In this document: positions 24,658-35,225 of the stretch, piece after piece
Position numbering within the stretch: position 1 is the stretch's first letter
Layout: each line of letters starts with the position of its first letter
Source of the DNA: Convolutriloba macropyga
Lineage: Eukaryota
DNA length: 64,000 nucleotides
Direction of reading: 5' to 3'
Assembly: GCF_964194025.1 (NCBI RefSeq)
Contig: NC_134471.1
Coordinates: 60,512,001-60,576,000, forward strand
Translations under genes and position numbers: made by a program
Notes under the pieces: generated by a model
Seen by the model: the letters and a program-made list of their open reading frames with translations, nothing else
Database searches by the model: none
Told to the model about the DNA's origin: nothing

Positions 24658-27600
24658 ATGCCTCGGAAGTCGGACCAAAAAGAACTTTGCAATTCTTGTG
24701 ATAAGCTTATTTTGAAACCCAATATGAGCAGACATCAGAAGCTTCACGCAAAAAGATGTTTACAGTGCTTCCAGTCATTTCCAGACGACGAGAAACTGCA
24801 GCGTCACATTGCTTCTAAACATGCTCCATCTCTCACTCAAAAGAAGAAGTTTTCATGCGGCAGCTGCAATTCAACGTTCTCCACATATTATCAACTTCTT
24901 CATCACAAAAAAAACAGTCACCAACGTTCAATTCCTAGCACCTACGAGGAAGTTGACTTATCTGTCTATGGAGACTCTCCCGCTCTTCATAATGAACTTC
25001 AAACGGTTCAACACTTTCTGAGAGACTCGGTTCTTGAATTGTCCAGAAAGAAAGTTCACAACTTCAAAATAATGGAGATCAACCATGAAACAGTGATCGA
25101 AAAATTGGATTGTGTTTACAACGAGTTACCCAGTTCAGCTTAAATCAATATTTCGTTTGGATTCGTTCTGCAGAGTGTTCAAAATCCTGAAGAATTTCGC
25201 TACTACTACGCAGCAGATAACAACCCCGTATTCCTAAATCCCATGGTTCTCTCTGATGACTCAGATCTCAATTATATTAAATCAATGCTGAGACAAGATG
25301 AATTTTTTCCAAATCTAATTAATCAACGTCCAGACACAAAATGGAAGTTTTATTGTGTTACAAATGTCACTTTCTTTGTATTTCTCCTCAGTGGTGTTCC
25401 GCTAGGATGCATAGAACAATCAATTCCATCAACATTACTGAGGAATCCAATAGTTAAATGTTTTGTGTCTGACTGTGAAAAAAGACCTTATCAAGACAAT
25501 TTGTGTATGTTTCGTGCACTGGCCTATGAATTACATGGCAGCAATGAGCTACAACAAAATACAATGGAATTGATGCAGATGTTTCTCTCAGCGACAAGGA
25601 GAGATGACGAAACCTTCCCAGGAATACATGAAGACGATATTCCTGTTCTTGAGAATCTAGTTGACAGAAACATTCAAGTTTACTCAATATTTTTTGACGA
25701 ACAATCGGAAATGCTTGCTGAACTTACTCGTCGCTCCTCGATGAAACGTTCAAAGACAACTTCGTTACTGAGATACGAAAATCACATTTGTTGGACAGCA
25801 GACATCAACAAATTCCTCAAAAAGTTCCGGTGCTACGTATGCGATCACTTTTTCGATAGATCAAATAATTTGGAAGTCCACATGAGGAATTGCTCAGAGA
25901 GAACAAAACACCACTATCCCTCAGGTGTCTATCAAATATCAGAAACTATTTTCGAGCGCTTGGAATATGTAAATATTAATGTTCCGCAGGAGCTGAGATT
26001 GTTTTCTCATCTTATCGTATTCGATTTTGAGTCAATAACAGTCCCCGACAGTACACTCAAAAACACAGATTTGACTTCATGGATTGGAAAACATGTCCCC
26101 ATTAGTGTGTCAATATCCTCGAATCTAATCTCCGAGCCAATTTTTATTTGCAACGAAGATCCGCTTCAACTGATCCGTGATTTTGTGTACAGCTTGACTA
26201 ATATAGCAGAAAAAAGCACACTTCTAATGAAGGAAAAACTCAATAATTTCGTGTTGGAATTGGAAGAAAAATATTGGGCAGTACGACAATTGGTTCCAGT
26301 GAAAGACAAGCAGTTACCTACCGGAGCGGAAGACTTTTGGACAACGAGGCGGAACCTGACGGCGAGTAAGACGAAGACATTGAAATTCAGAGACTGAGAT
26401 GTGAGCTCAAGATGTTATCAAACTTGAGACAAGATTTTGAGAACTATTACAGCACCATTCCTGTGTTTGGGTTCAACAGTTCGAGGTACGATTTGAACTT
26501 AATCAAAGAGTATCTTCTGCATCACCTCTTAATAGAAAAAAACGTTATTCCTAGAGTGATTCGAATGGGGAATAAATATATTGGCATGAATTTTCTTGGT
26601 CTACAGTTTCTGGACATTTTAAACTTCCTGGGAGGAGCGACAACTCTGGATAACTTCCTAAAAGCCTATGGAGCAAGTGAAGAAAAAGGTTTCTTCCCCT
26701 ATGAATGGTTCGACAGTATTGAGAAGTTGAATGAATCCCAACTGCCACAAATCGACAGCTTTTGGAGTAAGTTGAAGAACCACAACGTTTTGTCGGTCGA
26801 GTACGATAAGTTTGTGCAATTGAAAAACGGTGGAATGGAGCAGGATGAAATTTTGAAGAAGTTGAGACTCAAGAAAGTTCCACAAAATGCCGAAGAAAAT
26901 TACTTGGAGCTCCAAAATATATGGGAAAGAAAAGGTATGCAGACGTTTCGTGACTTCCTCATGTGGTACAATAACAAAGATGTCGAACCTACACTTGAGG
27001 CTATGAAGAAAATGATCAGTTTTTACCACTCAAGACAAGTAGACATGTTGAAGTTGGGCTACACTCTTCCCAACTTGGCAAACAGGTTCCTTCATTCGTC
27101 AACAGATGCAGCTTTTTTTCCGTTTTGTGAGAAGGATAAAGAATATGATAATTACATTCGAAAGTGGCTAACAGGGGGACCCTCAATTATCTTTACAAGG
27201 TATGCGAAAGTTGGTGAAACAAAAATTCGAGAGTCAGAAAACGTTTGCAAGTCCATCGTCGGAATAGATGCCAGTCAGTTGTACCCTTTTTCCATGACAA
27301 AAGAGATGCCAACAGGACCCTATACAAAGTGGGAGTACAATGAAGAGACTGAAAAATTTCATCCGAACAGGAACTGGAGAAGCTACTTTGAACAGCAGGT
27401 CATGGACTACCTCCAACAGGTTCACCCCAATTGTAAAATACAAACCCAGTTCACACACAAGAAACAAAAGAAGCTCGGTCCTTATTTAGTTGATGGGTTT
27501 TGTAACCATTGCAACACGGTTTTTGAAGCGATGGGTTGTTTCTTTCATTTTTGTCCGTGTCAAGAGGAAAAACCACTTCTCTTCGAGGACATAGAAAGCC

Positions 27601-28985
27601 GATTGAAGCGAAGAGAACGTGACAATGACAGAAGAGAGTACCTGAAGGGATTGGGGTTGAATGTTGAAGAGATCTGGGAGTGTCAATGGAAGAAGTGGAG
27701 GAGCGAAAACACAAATGGGGTTAAAGACTTTCTCAAGTCAAATTATCCCTTCCAACCATCGATGAACAAAAACTCGCTCATTGAGAAAATTAAACGTGGA
27801 GAACTGTTTGGTGTCGTCGATTGTAGTCTTGAGGTTCCAGAGGAAATGTATCCGTACTTTGAAGACTTTCCTCCAATTTTCAAGAATTGTGAAGTTGGAC
27901 GAGATGATATTGGGGACCATATGAAAGAGTTTGCAGAACGCAACAAATTACTACCCAGACCCAGAAAAATGCTCATTTCCAGTTTCAAGCTTGAACGAGG
28001 ACCAGTTATTACACCACTTTTGTTATTTTATCTAGAAAAAGGTGTGATCCTAAAAGACGTCTTTTGGTTTCTCCAATACACTCCCCGGCGCTGCTTTGAG
28101 ACATTTGTTCAGAATGTTGTCGATGCCCGCCGCGAAGGAGACCAGAATAAGGAGTCAACAGTCGTTGCGGAGACAATGAAGCTGATTGGGAACAGTTCGT
28201 ATGGATATCAGATCATGGATCGTAGTCGACATACGAACACCAAGTACGTGAAAGGCTCACAGGTGGACAAATTTATTAACAATAGATTTTTCAAGACTAT
28301 GAATGAGCTACTAGAGCAGATATATGAGGTAGAAATGAGCAAGACACGCATCGAGCATAAGGAACCAATAATCGTAGGATTCTTCATCCTCCAGTACGCC
28401 AAACTCACCATGTTACAACTTAAATACAACTTCTTCTCCCCTTTCTGTGATAAGAACAAGTACGAACTCATTGAAATGGATACCGACAGTCTCTACATGG
28501 CCCTTAGTGAGGAAAAAATTGATGAAATCATTCGACCGGAAATGCGATCAGTGTGGTACTGGATGAGACAGAGCGACTGCAATGATAACTTTGCAGCAAA
28601 CTCCAGCAGCAATTTCTTCCCACGAGAATGTTGCAAAAAACATGCTGCCTTTGACAAGAGAACTCCTGGACTTTTTAAGGAAGAATTTAGATGCTCTGAG
28701 ATGATTGCTCTGTGTTCAAAGACGTACTGCTGTTACGATGAGGAAACAGACACAGTTAAACTATCAAGTAAAGGACTCAACAAGAAAAACATTGAGGAGC
28801 CCCTAAACAAGTACAGAAAAGTTCTGTTCGATGAGGAGCGAGTTTATTCAACAAATCGTGGCTTCAGAGTTGTTGACAACAAGAAAGTTTGTACCTATGA
28901 ACTAAAGAAAGTGGGACTGTCATATTTTTATCCCAAGCGTAAAGTCTGTGAAGATGGTATTCACACTACTCCTTTAGATTTATAA
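24658..28985 (+). pseudogene. Protein-primed family B DNA polymerase (pPolB) polyprotein, disrupted
   Basis: Three N-terminal C2H2 fingers, vOTU-like C/H motifs, exonuclease motifs (VFDFES, GFNSSRYD, YNNKDV) and polymerase motifs (DASQLYP, KLIGNSSYG, MDTDS, KTYC, SSKG). Lesions: in-frame TAA at 25141, 1-nt frameshift at the T-run 26335-26338, and TAA at 26367. Confidence 0.95.
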
Positions 28986-29214
28986 CTCGTTTTCTTTAGT
29001 CTTGTATTTATATCGCCTCTTTTTTAATTCACAGTTTTCCTACCAAAATCTCTTTTCAACAAAATACCTTTTTTTGAAATAAGTGAATTAGATACAAATA
29101 CACATACAAATAATAAAATACAAAATTACAAAACCTCAATAGAAAGTTTTGAAAACCATTTGCAACATTTTACGGATTACTGTTTAAAAATTTCAAGATT
29201 TTGGTTTTCAAAAC

Positions 29215-29610
29215 TTACAAAACATCAGCAAAGAACTTCAATATATGAAAATCATTTAAATATTTAGATGAGACTTTGGAAAATAACACATGGGCAAAAT
29301 AAATAGCATATAAACCACACAATTCTGAATCTTGGAGTTTCTCCTGTACTAATGAACCAAAGTTTGCTTTTGTCCTGATGCCATATTTTTCCAAAACTTC
29401 TCCCATCGAATCACCGTAGAACAACTTTCCATTCTTATTCGCAAGCAAAATCCAGTGGGAGCCCGGTTGAGTAGATGGATCTATGTTGATTATACAAAAC
29501 GTGTTTGTAGGTAAATTTTTTGGTCGAAGATCTGCAGGGAAGGAACCGAGGTATTTGAACTTTAGGTGTGGGAACCTGTTGACAACATGTAAGAGTTGTT
29601 GATTATCCAT
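29215..29610 (-). CDS. Adenain-like cysteine maturation protease
   Basis: IINIDPSTQPGSHW (His), FYGDSMG (Asp), KLQDSELCGLY (Gln/Cys). The likely start MDNQQ at 29610 overlaps the capsid stop. Confidence 0.92.
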   Translation of the reverse strand: MDNQQLLHVVNRFPHLKFKYLGSFPADLRPKNLPTNTFCIINIDPSTQPGSHWILLANKNGKLFYGDSMGEVLEKYGIRTKANFGSLVQEKLQDSELCGLYAIYFAHVLFSKVSSKYLNDFHILKFFADVL

Positions 29611-30841
29611 TTTTGGTGACTGATCCCTCCTTATCAATTGCAATTGAACTTATACGTTCACCACTAACAAATAATTCTACAGTATTGGTCAAATTGTTAG
29701 CAAAGTAGAGCTCTAAACGAATTCCTGCTCCAACTACATCAGGAAAATGCATTTCGACATTGGCCTCCTGTGTTGAAGTAAGATCGAAAAATAAATGAAA
29801 ATGGTTTTCAAAATCCTTGTATTGAATGTTAGGACCGTCATCATCAAACTTGAGTGCTTTCATTGTTTCAGCATAAGCTCTCACGTGATTTTCTGTTTTC
29901 AAGTTGACTATAGTTTGATTCCCACGCACAATTTTAACTTGCCGAAGGCCAAATTTACGAAAATGGAACGGATTCGTGTTGTATGTTCCACTGAACTCAT
30001 TATTCAGATTCATAGCAATATCAATCATTCGAATTGGTTTGTTTGAAAATATATTTTCTTGTATAAACTGGTTCTGTCCTGCGGGAATAATAAACGTCTT
30101 TGGAAGTTCTTCATTATAGTAAAATATGGCAGGTTCTCGAAGCAGTCTGCTTTTGAAACTTCTCATCCAGTTATCTGAGATTGCTACCTGTCTAGTAAAA
30201 AGGCAAGCTTCCAAAATTAAGGCCTCAGAGTTCAGCCCACCAGTATCGATCATATAGAACGCTGGAGAAGACCGGATCAACTTCAGTCTGAGGTTGACAT
30301 TTGGGAGAAGTAAAGTTTCACAAGCAAATAGACCTATTGCCAACGGACCGTAAAAAGTAAACTCATCTTTATCTTTTTGAAAAACAACATCTGTAAACGG
30401 TCTTTTATTAAAATCGTTTGGCTCAATCTCGTATCGATATCCTTGACATTGAGACAAGCTTTCCTTCGTTCCTTTTGTACCTGAAAACTCAGCAGAAACA
30501 AAAGCTTGATGAGCATAAAGAGAATTGGCACTGTGAACTTGTTCATTGTTTAGATAGACTTCGCAATTAGAAAAAAGTGAATGAAGAGCATTGTTTACCA
30601 ATAATGTTTCTTCGGCATTATCCAAACGTGTTCGATCGCCTTTAATAACCCTTCCTCTGATGAATAATCGACTAGATCGCAAGTCAGTGAAAATATTACG
30701 ATCAGTTTCCAATTGAAATTCGATTGTTGACTCGTTTAAGGAATTTGTTGGAAATATTTGTTGTTCATTGGACCAAAGAATTGGGTCTAAAATTGGAACT
30801 TTCCCAAAAAAGTCGAGCATAGAGTGAGATAAGGAATTCAT
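29603..30841 (-). CDS. Major capsid protein (double jelly-roll, hexon-like), ~412 aa
   Basis: IFPTNSLNESTIEF, FTDLRSSRL, NNALHSLFSNCEVYLNNEQV, LLPNVNLRLKLIR, NPFHF and FFDLT are typical Polinton MCP motifs. ATG at 30841. Confidence 0.9.
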   Translation of the reverse strand: MNSLSHSMLDFFGKVPILDPILWSNEQQIFPTNSLNESTIEFQLETDRNIFTDLRSSRLFIRGRVIKGDRTRLDNAEETLLVNNALHSLFSNCEVYLNNEQVHSANSLYAHQAFVSAEFSGTKGTKESLSQCQGYRYEIEPNDFNKRPFTDVVFQKDKDEFTFYGPLAIGLFACETLLLPNVNLRLKLIRSSPAFYMIDTGGLNSEALILEACLFTRQVAISDNWMRSFKSRLLREPAIFYYNEELPKTFIIPAGQNQFIQENIFSNKPIRMIDIAMNLNNEFSGTYNTNPFHFRKFGLRQVKIVRGNQTIVNLKTENHVRAYAETMKALKFDDDGPNIQYKDFENHFHLFFDLTSTQEANVEMHFPDVVGAGIRLELYFANNLTNTVELFVSGERISSIAIDKEGSVTKNG

Positions 30842-30881
30842 TTTAGCCGACCGTTTTTTATAATGATAATCGAGGAAATGA

Positions 30882-31679
30882 TCAAGATTTTTTCTGGAAT
30901 AATAAAGTAAGTTGAACTTGACCAATAGGGAAGAAGGGAACAAGGTGTCCAGCAGCGTTTCTTAATTCTACATGGATACTGTGGAAGTTCGATTTGATTA
31001 CTTTATGGAATCTCAAGTGTTCGAAACTGCGATAACTCAGAACTTGCGATCTCTTAATCTCATCATTATGGAAATCTCGGTGTTTGAATGGAAAGGAGCG
31101 TAGAAGAGGACATTTCACATCACCGACTGAATTGGGTTCAACTATATCCAAGTAGAGTAAAACTGTATGTGTTCCAGTAATATCAAAAGGGAGATCTGCC
31201 GTTGCCCAGGACTTGGTGTTGTATGATCTTTTCGAATAAGGCATAACAGGTTTGTCAGCTTCAACGCCCAAGTTAGCAGCCAAACTTTTGCTGAATGATA
31301 CATTTTGAGATTCTCTATTGCAAAAAGTTAGTCTTCGACTTTTTTTGTCGATATTGATGGAAAATTGAGGATCTAAGTTTTTGGGATGTCGTGCTTTTTT
31401 GGGAATATCTGTAAGACTCTTTACAAATTCATCCATAGAGTTAAAAACTGCTGGTGGAATGTTGAAGACATGCTTAAATTTCTCATCATAGTGAAAGGTC
31501 ATCAATCCTCCTTCAACGTTATAACATATACCGGGATATGATACTTCGACTAAAGCTACTTCCCAAGATCCATTTAGTTCAATTTTGTCGGGAAGAAAAT
31601 TAGTGAATGAAGCCATTGTATTTTGAGGATAAACTTGAGAGGAAGCGTTGGATACTAATTCAAGATAAAACGAATTCAT
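30882..31679 (-). CDS. Minor capsid protein (penton)
   Basis: FYLELVSNAS...YPQNTMASFTNFLP...LNGSWEVALVEVSYP N-terminus; YLDIVEPNSVGDVKCPLLR...LTLLF C-terminus. Confidence 0.9.
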   Translation of the reverse strand: MNSFYLELVSNASSQVYPQNTMASFTNFLPDKIELNGSWEVALVEVSYPGICYNVEGGLMTFHYDEKFKHVFNIPPAVFNSMDEFVKSLTDIPKKARHPKNLDPQFSINIDKKSRRLTFCNRESQNVSFSKSLAANLGVEADKPVMPYSKRSYNTKSWATADLPFDITGTHTVLLYLDIVEPNSVGDVKCPLLRSFPFKHRDFHNDEIKRSQVLSYRSFEHLRFHKVIKSNFHSIHVELRNAAGHLVPFFPIGQVQLTLLFQKKS

Positions 31680-31720
31680 GATGTTTGACTGTACTCTGTG
31701 ACGTTTGTTTGGGAAAATGA

Positions 31721-32059
31721 TTAGTCAAGGTTCTTTAGAAAGTCTTTCCGAATTTTTTGCCGAACGAAACTTTGTCTCGTGTTTTTCCTCTTTTTCATAC
31801 CACCACCAACTTGTTTTCGTATTGTTGATTTCGCAGTCTTCTTTACTGCTCTTTTAATTGAAGTCTGTCCTGATAAAACATCTCCAATTTCGGGAATGGC
31901 TGACTCGATTACATCTCGTCCAATTTTTTTTGCTGCAGGTAAAACGTATTTCTTGAGAATTGGGAGAGTTGTTCTAGCGACTGTTCTAGCCAAGGCTCCA
32001 AAGCCACGCCCTCTCTGACGAGGAACTCCTTTAAAATAAGGCAGATTGTAACCGTCCAT
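31721..32059 (-). CDS. Small basic/amphipathic virion protein (core or membrane-penetration candidate)
   Basis: QRGRGFG and QVGGG glycine motifs resembling adenain sites, amphipathic helices and a K/R-rich tail. Lies beside the penton. Confidence 0.7.
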   Translation of the reverse strand: MDGYNLPYFKGVPRQRGRGFGALARTVARTTLPILKKYVLPAAKKIGRDVIESAIPEIGDVLSGQTSIKRAVKKTAKSTIRKQVGGGMKKRKNTRQSFVRQKIRKDFLKNLD

Positions 32060-32086
32060 TTTCTAGCGCGACTAATTGAAAAATGA

Positions 32087-33031
32087 TTATTTAACTTTTG
32101 ACAATTCTTGCTCGTAAAAGATTCCATCAATGTTTTCTCCTTTCTGATCAACAACAAAGTAAGTCGGGAAAGGAGCCAAAGTGTTTATTTTTCGAATTAG
32201 AAAAATTTCATGTGTATAGTGAGGCTTATATCCTTTTTGAAAATTGTGCCCTACTAATACCAACCGAACTTTATCACCTACTTTAAAATTAGGCTTTTTG
32301 TTTTTTCGTAGTTTCATCCGCTTGTACAAGACAGTCAAAAAGTCAGCATTTACTACATTTTTGGGAGCCAAACCAATACTTCGATTTATTCTAGAGTTGA
32401 TGATGTCAACAAACATTTGCAGGTCTTTGATGTAAGATAATGTGTCCTTTTCCTCCAGGTAGCGGTAAATTAAGTTTTTCAGGGTTCGTATAGCTCTCTC
32501 GCCAAAAGCTACTTTTGTTTCACTATAAGTGTGATAATATTTGACTCCCACATCCTCGCAGAAATTGGCCATATCTCCGAAAAACTCTTTTCCTTGATCT
32601 AGCCATAATTTTTTCGGGAAATTGAGTTCGTTCTTTTTCGAACACATTTTGATAAAAGCTGCTTTCACACCCTCTGCTCTTTTGCTTCGTAATGCTTCTA
32701 CTCGCAAGAATCGAGAAAAAACATCGACAGTAACGAGTAAAAAGTTGATACCTCGGTTCCATTGTGATAGTTTATCCATTTGTGCAAGATCCAAACACCA
32801 AATCTCATCAATATAGCGAGCATGCGCATTTAGCCGGGGAAATTTTCTTCTGATCCCTTTGTACTTCGTATAAGAGTCTTTTGATTGTAAAAAATCTGTA
32901 ACTTTCTCGCGACTTATTCCACTTGATTTTGTTAGGTTGTTGATAGAACCGAAAGCTGTTGGTCCCTTCCCTTTATACAACTTCTGCAATTTGATTCTAT
33001 CTGAAACTGTAATTGAACCAGTCTGAGCCAT
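32087..33031 (-). CDS. Retroviral-like (rve) DDE integrase
   Basis: WCLDL (D), VDVFSRF, LWLDQGKEF (D), GERAIRTLK (E); FKVGDKVR and FYEQEL in the C-terminal part. Confidence 0.95.
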   Translation of the reverse strand: MAQTGSITVSDRIKLQKLYKGKGPTAFGSINNLTKSSGISREKVTDFLQSKDSYTKYKGIRRKFPRLNAHARYIDEIWCLDLAQMDKLSQWNRGINFLLVTVDVFSRFLRVEALRSKRAEGVKAAFIKMCSKKNELNFPKKLWLDQGKEFFGDMANFCEDVGVKYYHTYSETKVAFGERAIRTLKNLIYRYLEEKDTLSYIKDLQMFVDIINSRINRSIGLAPKNVVNADFLTVLYKRMKLRKNKKPNFKVGDKVRLVLVGHNFQKGYKPHYTHEIFLIRKINTLAPFPTYFVVDQKGENIDGIFYEQELSKVK

Positions 33032-33467
33032 ACTGTGTCCTCAAAATGTTGTTTTTAGCCAGATATGGTCTCAGATTTAGAACTTTAAGAATTAGGAAAT
33101 AGTTTGGATCAACTGGAGCGTTTTCCAATTTGATTGAATGAAGGAATGTTTTTATATCAACTCCAGTGTCAACGTTGTCAACAATAATTGTATTGGAAAG
33201 TGAAACTTTCAACCGTTTGTTTTCGTAAATTTCCTTCAAAGTTTTCAATGTCTCGGGACTGTTCTTATAGTGAAATTCCAGATCTGTCTTAAGTTCTTTA
33301 GGTGGACGATCGGTTTTTTCGGAACTAATTTCTTCTTTCGCTTTTTTGATAACTGGAAAAACAGTTTCTTCCTTTTTATAGATCTCGCAGGAGGGTTCCG
33401 GTAATTTCCCTTTTCTGGACTCCCACAGTTCTTTTGGAACAAGAACAAACTTTTTGACCTCACTCAT
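32997..33467 (-). CDS. Polinton hypothetical protein, 156 aa
   Basis: ATG-initiated ORF overlapping both neighbours; KKFVLVP N-terminus. Confidence 0.75.
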   Translation of the reverse strand: MSEVKKFVLVPKELWESRKGKLPEPSCEIYKKEETVFPVIKKAKEEISSEKTDRPPKELKTDLEFHYKNSPETLKTLKEIYENKRLKVSLSNTIIVDNVDTGVDIKTFLHSIKLENAPVDPNYFLILKVLNLRPYLAKNNILRTQYGSDWFNYSFR

Positions 33468-33780
33468 TGAAGAAAGTTGAAAATTTGTTCATACAAGGTT
33501 GATATATGTAACCTAGTATTGTTATTCCAGCCTTCGAGCCCAATATAAGTCTTCTGGAATTGAGGGTTGTTGATTTTGACGTGAGCTTTCTAAGTTGTTT
33601 TTGGAAGCGAACAAACTGATTTTTTCTTACTCCTGTGAGGTTTCCTTCAATCAAGTTTACAATACACTCACAGAGAAATCTGATGAACTCTTTAGGACAA
33701 TTTAGAAGGAAAGCTGGTTGAAATTTCTTGCTGAGATTCCGAAAGAGCTTCAGAGTATAATAGTTCTGTGCGTTTATCAT
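33460..33780 (-). CDS. Conserved Polinton small basic protein
   Basis: LCECIVNLIEGNL...KQLRKL motif resembles the small ORF that commonly follows Polinton ATPases. Start codon uncertain (first ATG ~33780). Confidence 0.7.
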   Translation of the reverse strand: MINAQNYYTLKLFRNLSKKFQPAFLLNCPKEFIRFLCECIVNLIEGNLTGVRKNQFVRFQKQLRKLTSKSTTLNSRRLILGSKAGITILGYIYQPCMNKFSTFFNE

Positions 33781-34432
33781 TAATATCAGTAATACGAGCA
33801 CGACTGTTCGGTACGAAGAAATCTGAGGGAAATGATGTTACATTTGAACAGTATCTCAACAAATCAGGTGTAGATGGTCTCAAATCAATCATAAGATGAC
33901 CATACGGTTCTTGTGTTGCATCATCATACCACTGTTTTAGTTGTCTTCCGAGACCTAGCTGTCTTCCCAAGATATCAATCTGCTGCACATCTCTCGGTGA
34001 TTTGAACAAAACAATGTGAGTAGTCTGCAGCTCGGCATCACGTCCAGTTTTGTTTTTGTGGAAGAGATTATGCTTGATATATACACAATTTAGGTTTCGA
34101 TGTCTACCGGCTGTCGCAATTCCGTTGAACTTTTCCGACTTGGAAAGAATGTCCAATGAATCATCGAATAAAAGTAAATATTTAGTGCCGTCAGCGGGTA
34201 AGTTATCGATTAAATCAAAGTCAACTCCCTGAATGAATTCTATGTCTGCAATTGATTGCATCATTGTGTCGTAAATTGGCTGAAAGTGCTTATAAAAGTA
34301 TAAAATTCGATCAAATGATGGCTGAAAAGTTTTCATTCGTAGCATATCATTGATAAAAACAGTTTTTCCAGATCCGGAAGGACCAACAAGATACATCAAA
34401 GTTCGTTCGTTTGTTGAAATGATTTTGTTCAT
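33692..34432 (-). CDS. FtsK/HerA-family (A32-like) genome packaging ATPase
   Basis: Walker A GPSGSGKT, Walker B LLLFDD, GRH arginine finger, HIVLFKSPRD, PYGHLMIDL. ATG at 34432. Confidence 0.95.
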   Translation of the reverse strand: MNKIISTNERTLMYLVGPSGSGKTVFINDMLRMKTFQPSFDRILYFYKHFQPIYDTMMQSIADIEFIQGVDFDLIDNLPADGTKYLLLFDDSLDILSKSEKFNGIATAGRHRNLNCVYIKHNLFHKNKTGRDAELQTTHIVLFKSPRDVQQIDILGRQLGLGRQLKQWYDDATQEPYGHLMIDLRPSTPDLLRYCSNVTSFPSDFFVPNSRARITDINDKRTELLYSEALSESQQEISTSFPSKLS

Positions 34433-34433
34433 T

Positions 34434-34688
34434 TTATGTTCGGGGATTAGGAAGTATATAACCAACGGCACTTGAAAGAATAGCAATCCAAACTGTCCGT
34501 TCGTCACAAGTTCTAGCAAAAATAAGATTAATAATTGAAAACAGAAGCAGTACTAATACAACTAAGCACTGAAATATTGACAAAAAAGCTGTTCGAGAGC
34601 AAGTGCGACCACAGATTTTCCAAGGAGGTCTTTCCTGATTGTTATTATCAAAAATAAAGTCAGATGCGTGATTGAGATGATCTGTCAT
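34434..34688 (-). CDS. Small two-helix membrane protein, 84 aa
   Basis: Hydrophobic stretches AFLSIFQCLVVLVLLLFSIINLIFA and VWIAILSSAVGYILPNP. Its stop abuts the ATPase ATG. Confidence 0.8.
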   Translation of the reverse strand: MTDHLNHASDFIFDNNNQERPPWKICGRTCSRTAFLSIFQCLVVLVLLLFSIINLIFARTCDERTVWIAILSSAVGYILPNPRT

Positions 34689-34730
34689 TAGAGAGCAACT
34701 GATTTTTGTTCGTCTTTAGGAAATAATGAT

Positions 34731-35225
34731 TCACACTTTGATTAATTGGAATCGTGATGACATTTTCAAAAAACAACAATATGCAAGACCTGTTATATGT
34801 CCCAAGAAACAAAAATTCAATATAGAATTAAAAAATGGAACAACGTAACAATATCCAGGGCCAATATTTAGATTTGTTTTCAGGTAGCCTGCGGCATCAT
34901 GAAATGTAGCATGTAATCGAAAAATTTTTGAGCAATTGAGAAGTTTTTCTAACTTTGAGTCACCAACTCCTATTAGTCCCCCAAACGGAGTTTCTCTGTT
35001 GATTTTATCCAGATATACATTTTTGTTCAAGCTTCGACAGACAGCCAAAAAATAATTTTTGCGTTTTGTATTTCCAACAAAAAGTTTACTGATTTCTTTC
35101 TCTAACGCTACAATTTCCTCAATGTTCATATCAAGCAACTGTACTGGAACATTAAATTTTAAAAAGTGATTAAAAACAAACATCACAACATACAATATTA
35201 AAAATTTACAATTACTGTTATGCAC
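34731..35225 (-). CDS. Polinton hypothetical protein (start uncertain)
   Basis: Open frame co-oriented within the cassette; no motif recognised. Confidence 0.55.
   Translation of the reverse strand: MHNSNCKFLILYVVMFVFNHFLKFNVPVQLLDMNIEEIVALEKEISKLFVGNTKRKNYFLAVCRSLNKNVYLDKINRETPFGGLIGVGDSKLEKLLNCSKIFRLHATFHDAAGYLKTNLNIGPGYCYVVPFFNSILNFCFLGHITGLAYCCFLKMSSRFQLIKV

Noticed and set aside
26330-26412. Programmed frameshift or stop readthrough in pPolB
   Set aside because: No slippery heptamer, and the shifted frame also contains a TAA at 26367. Mutational decay or consensus error is simpler.
26551-28471. Antisense ORFs within pPolB
   Set aside because: Shadow ORFs of a long coding sequence with no recognisable motifs.
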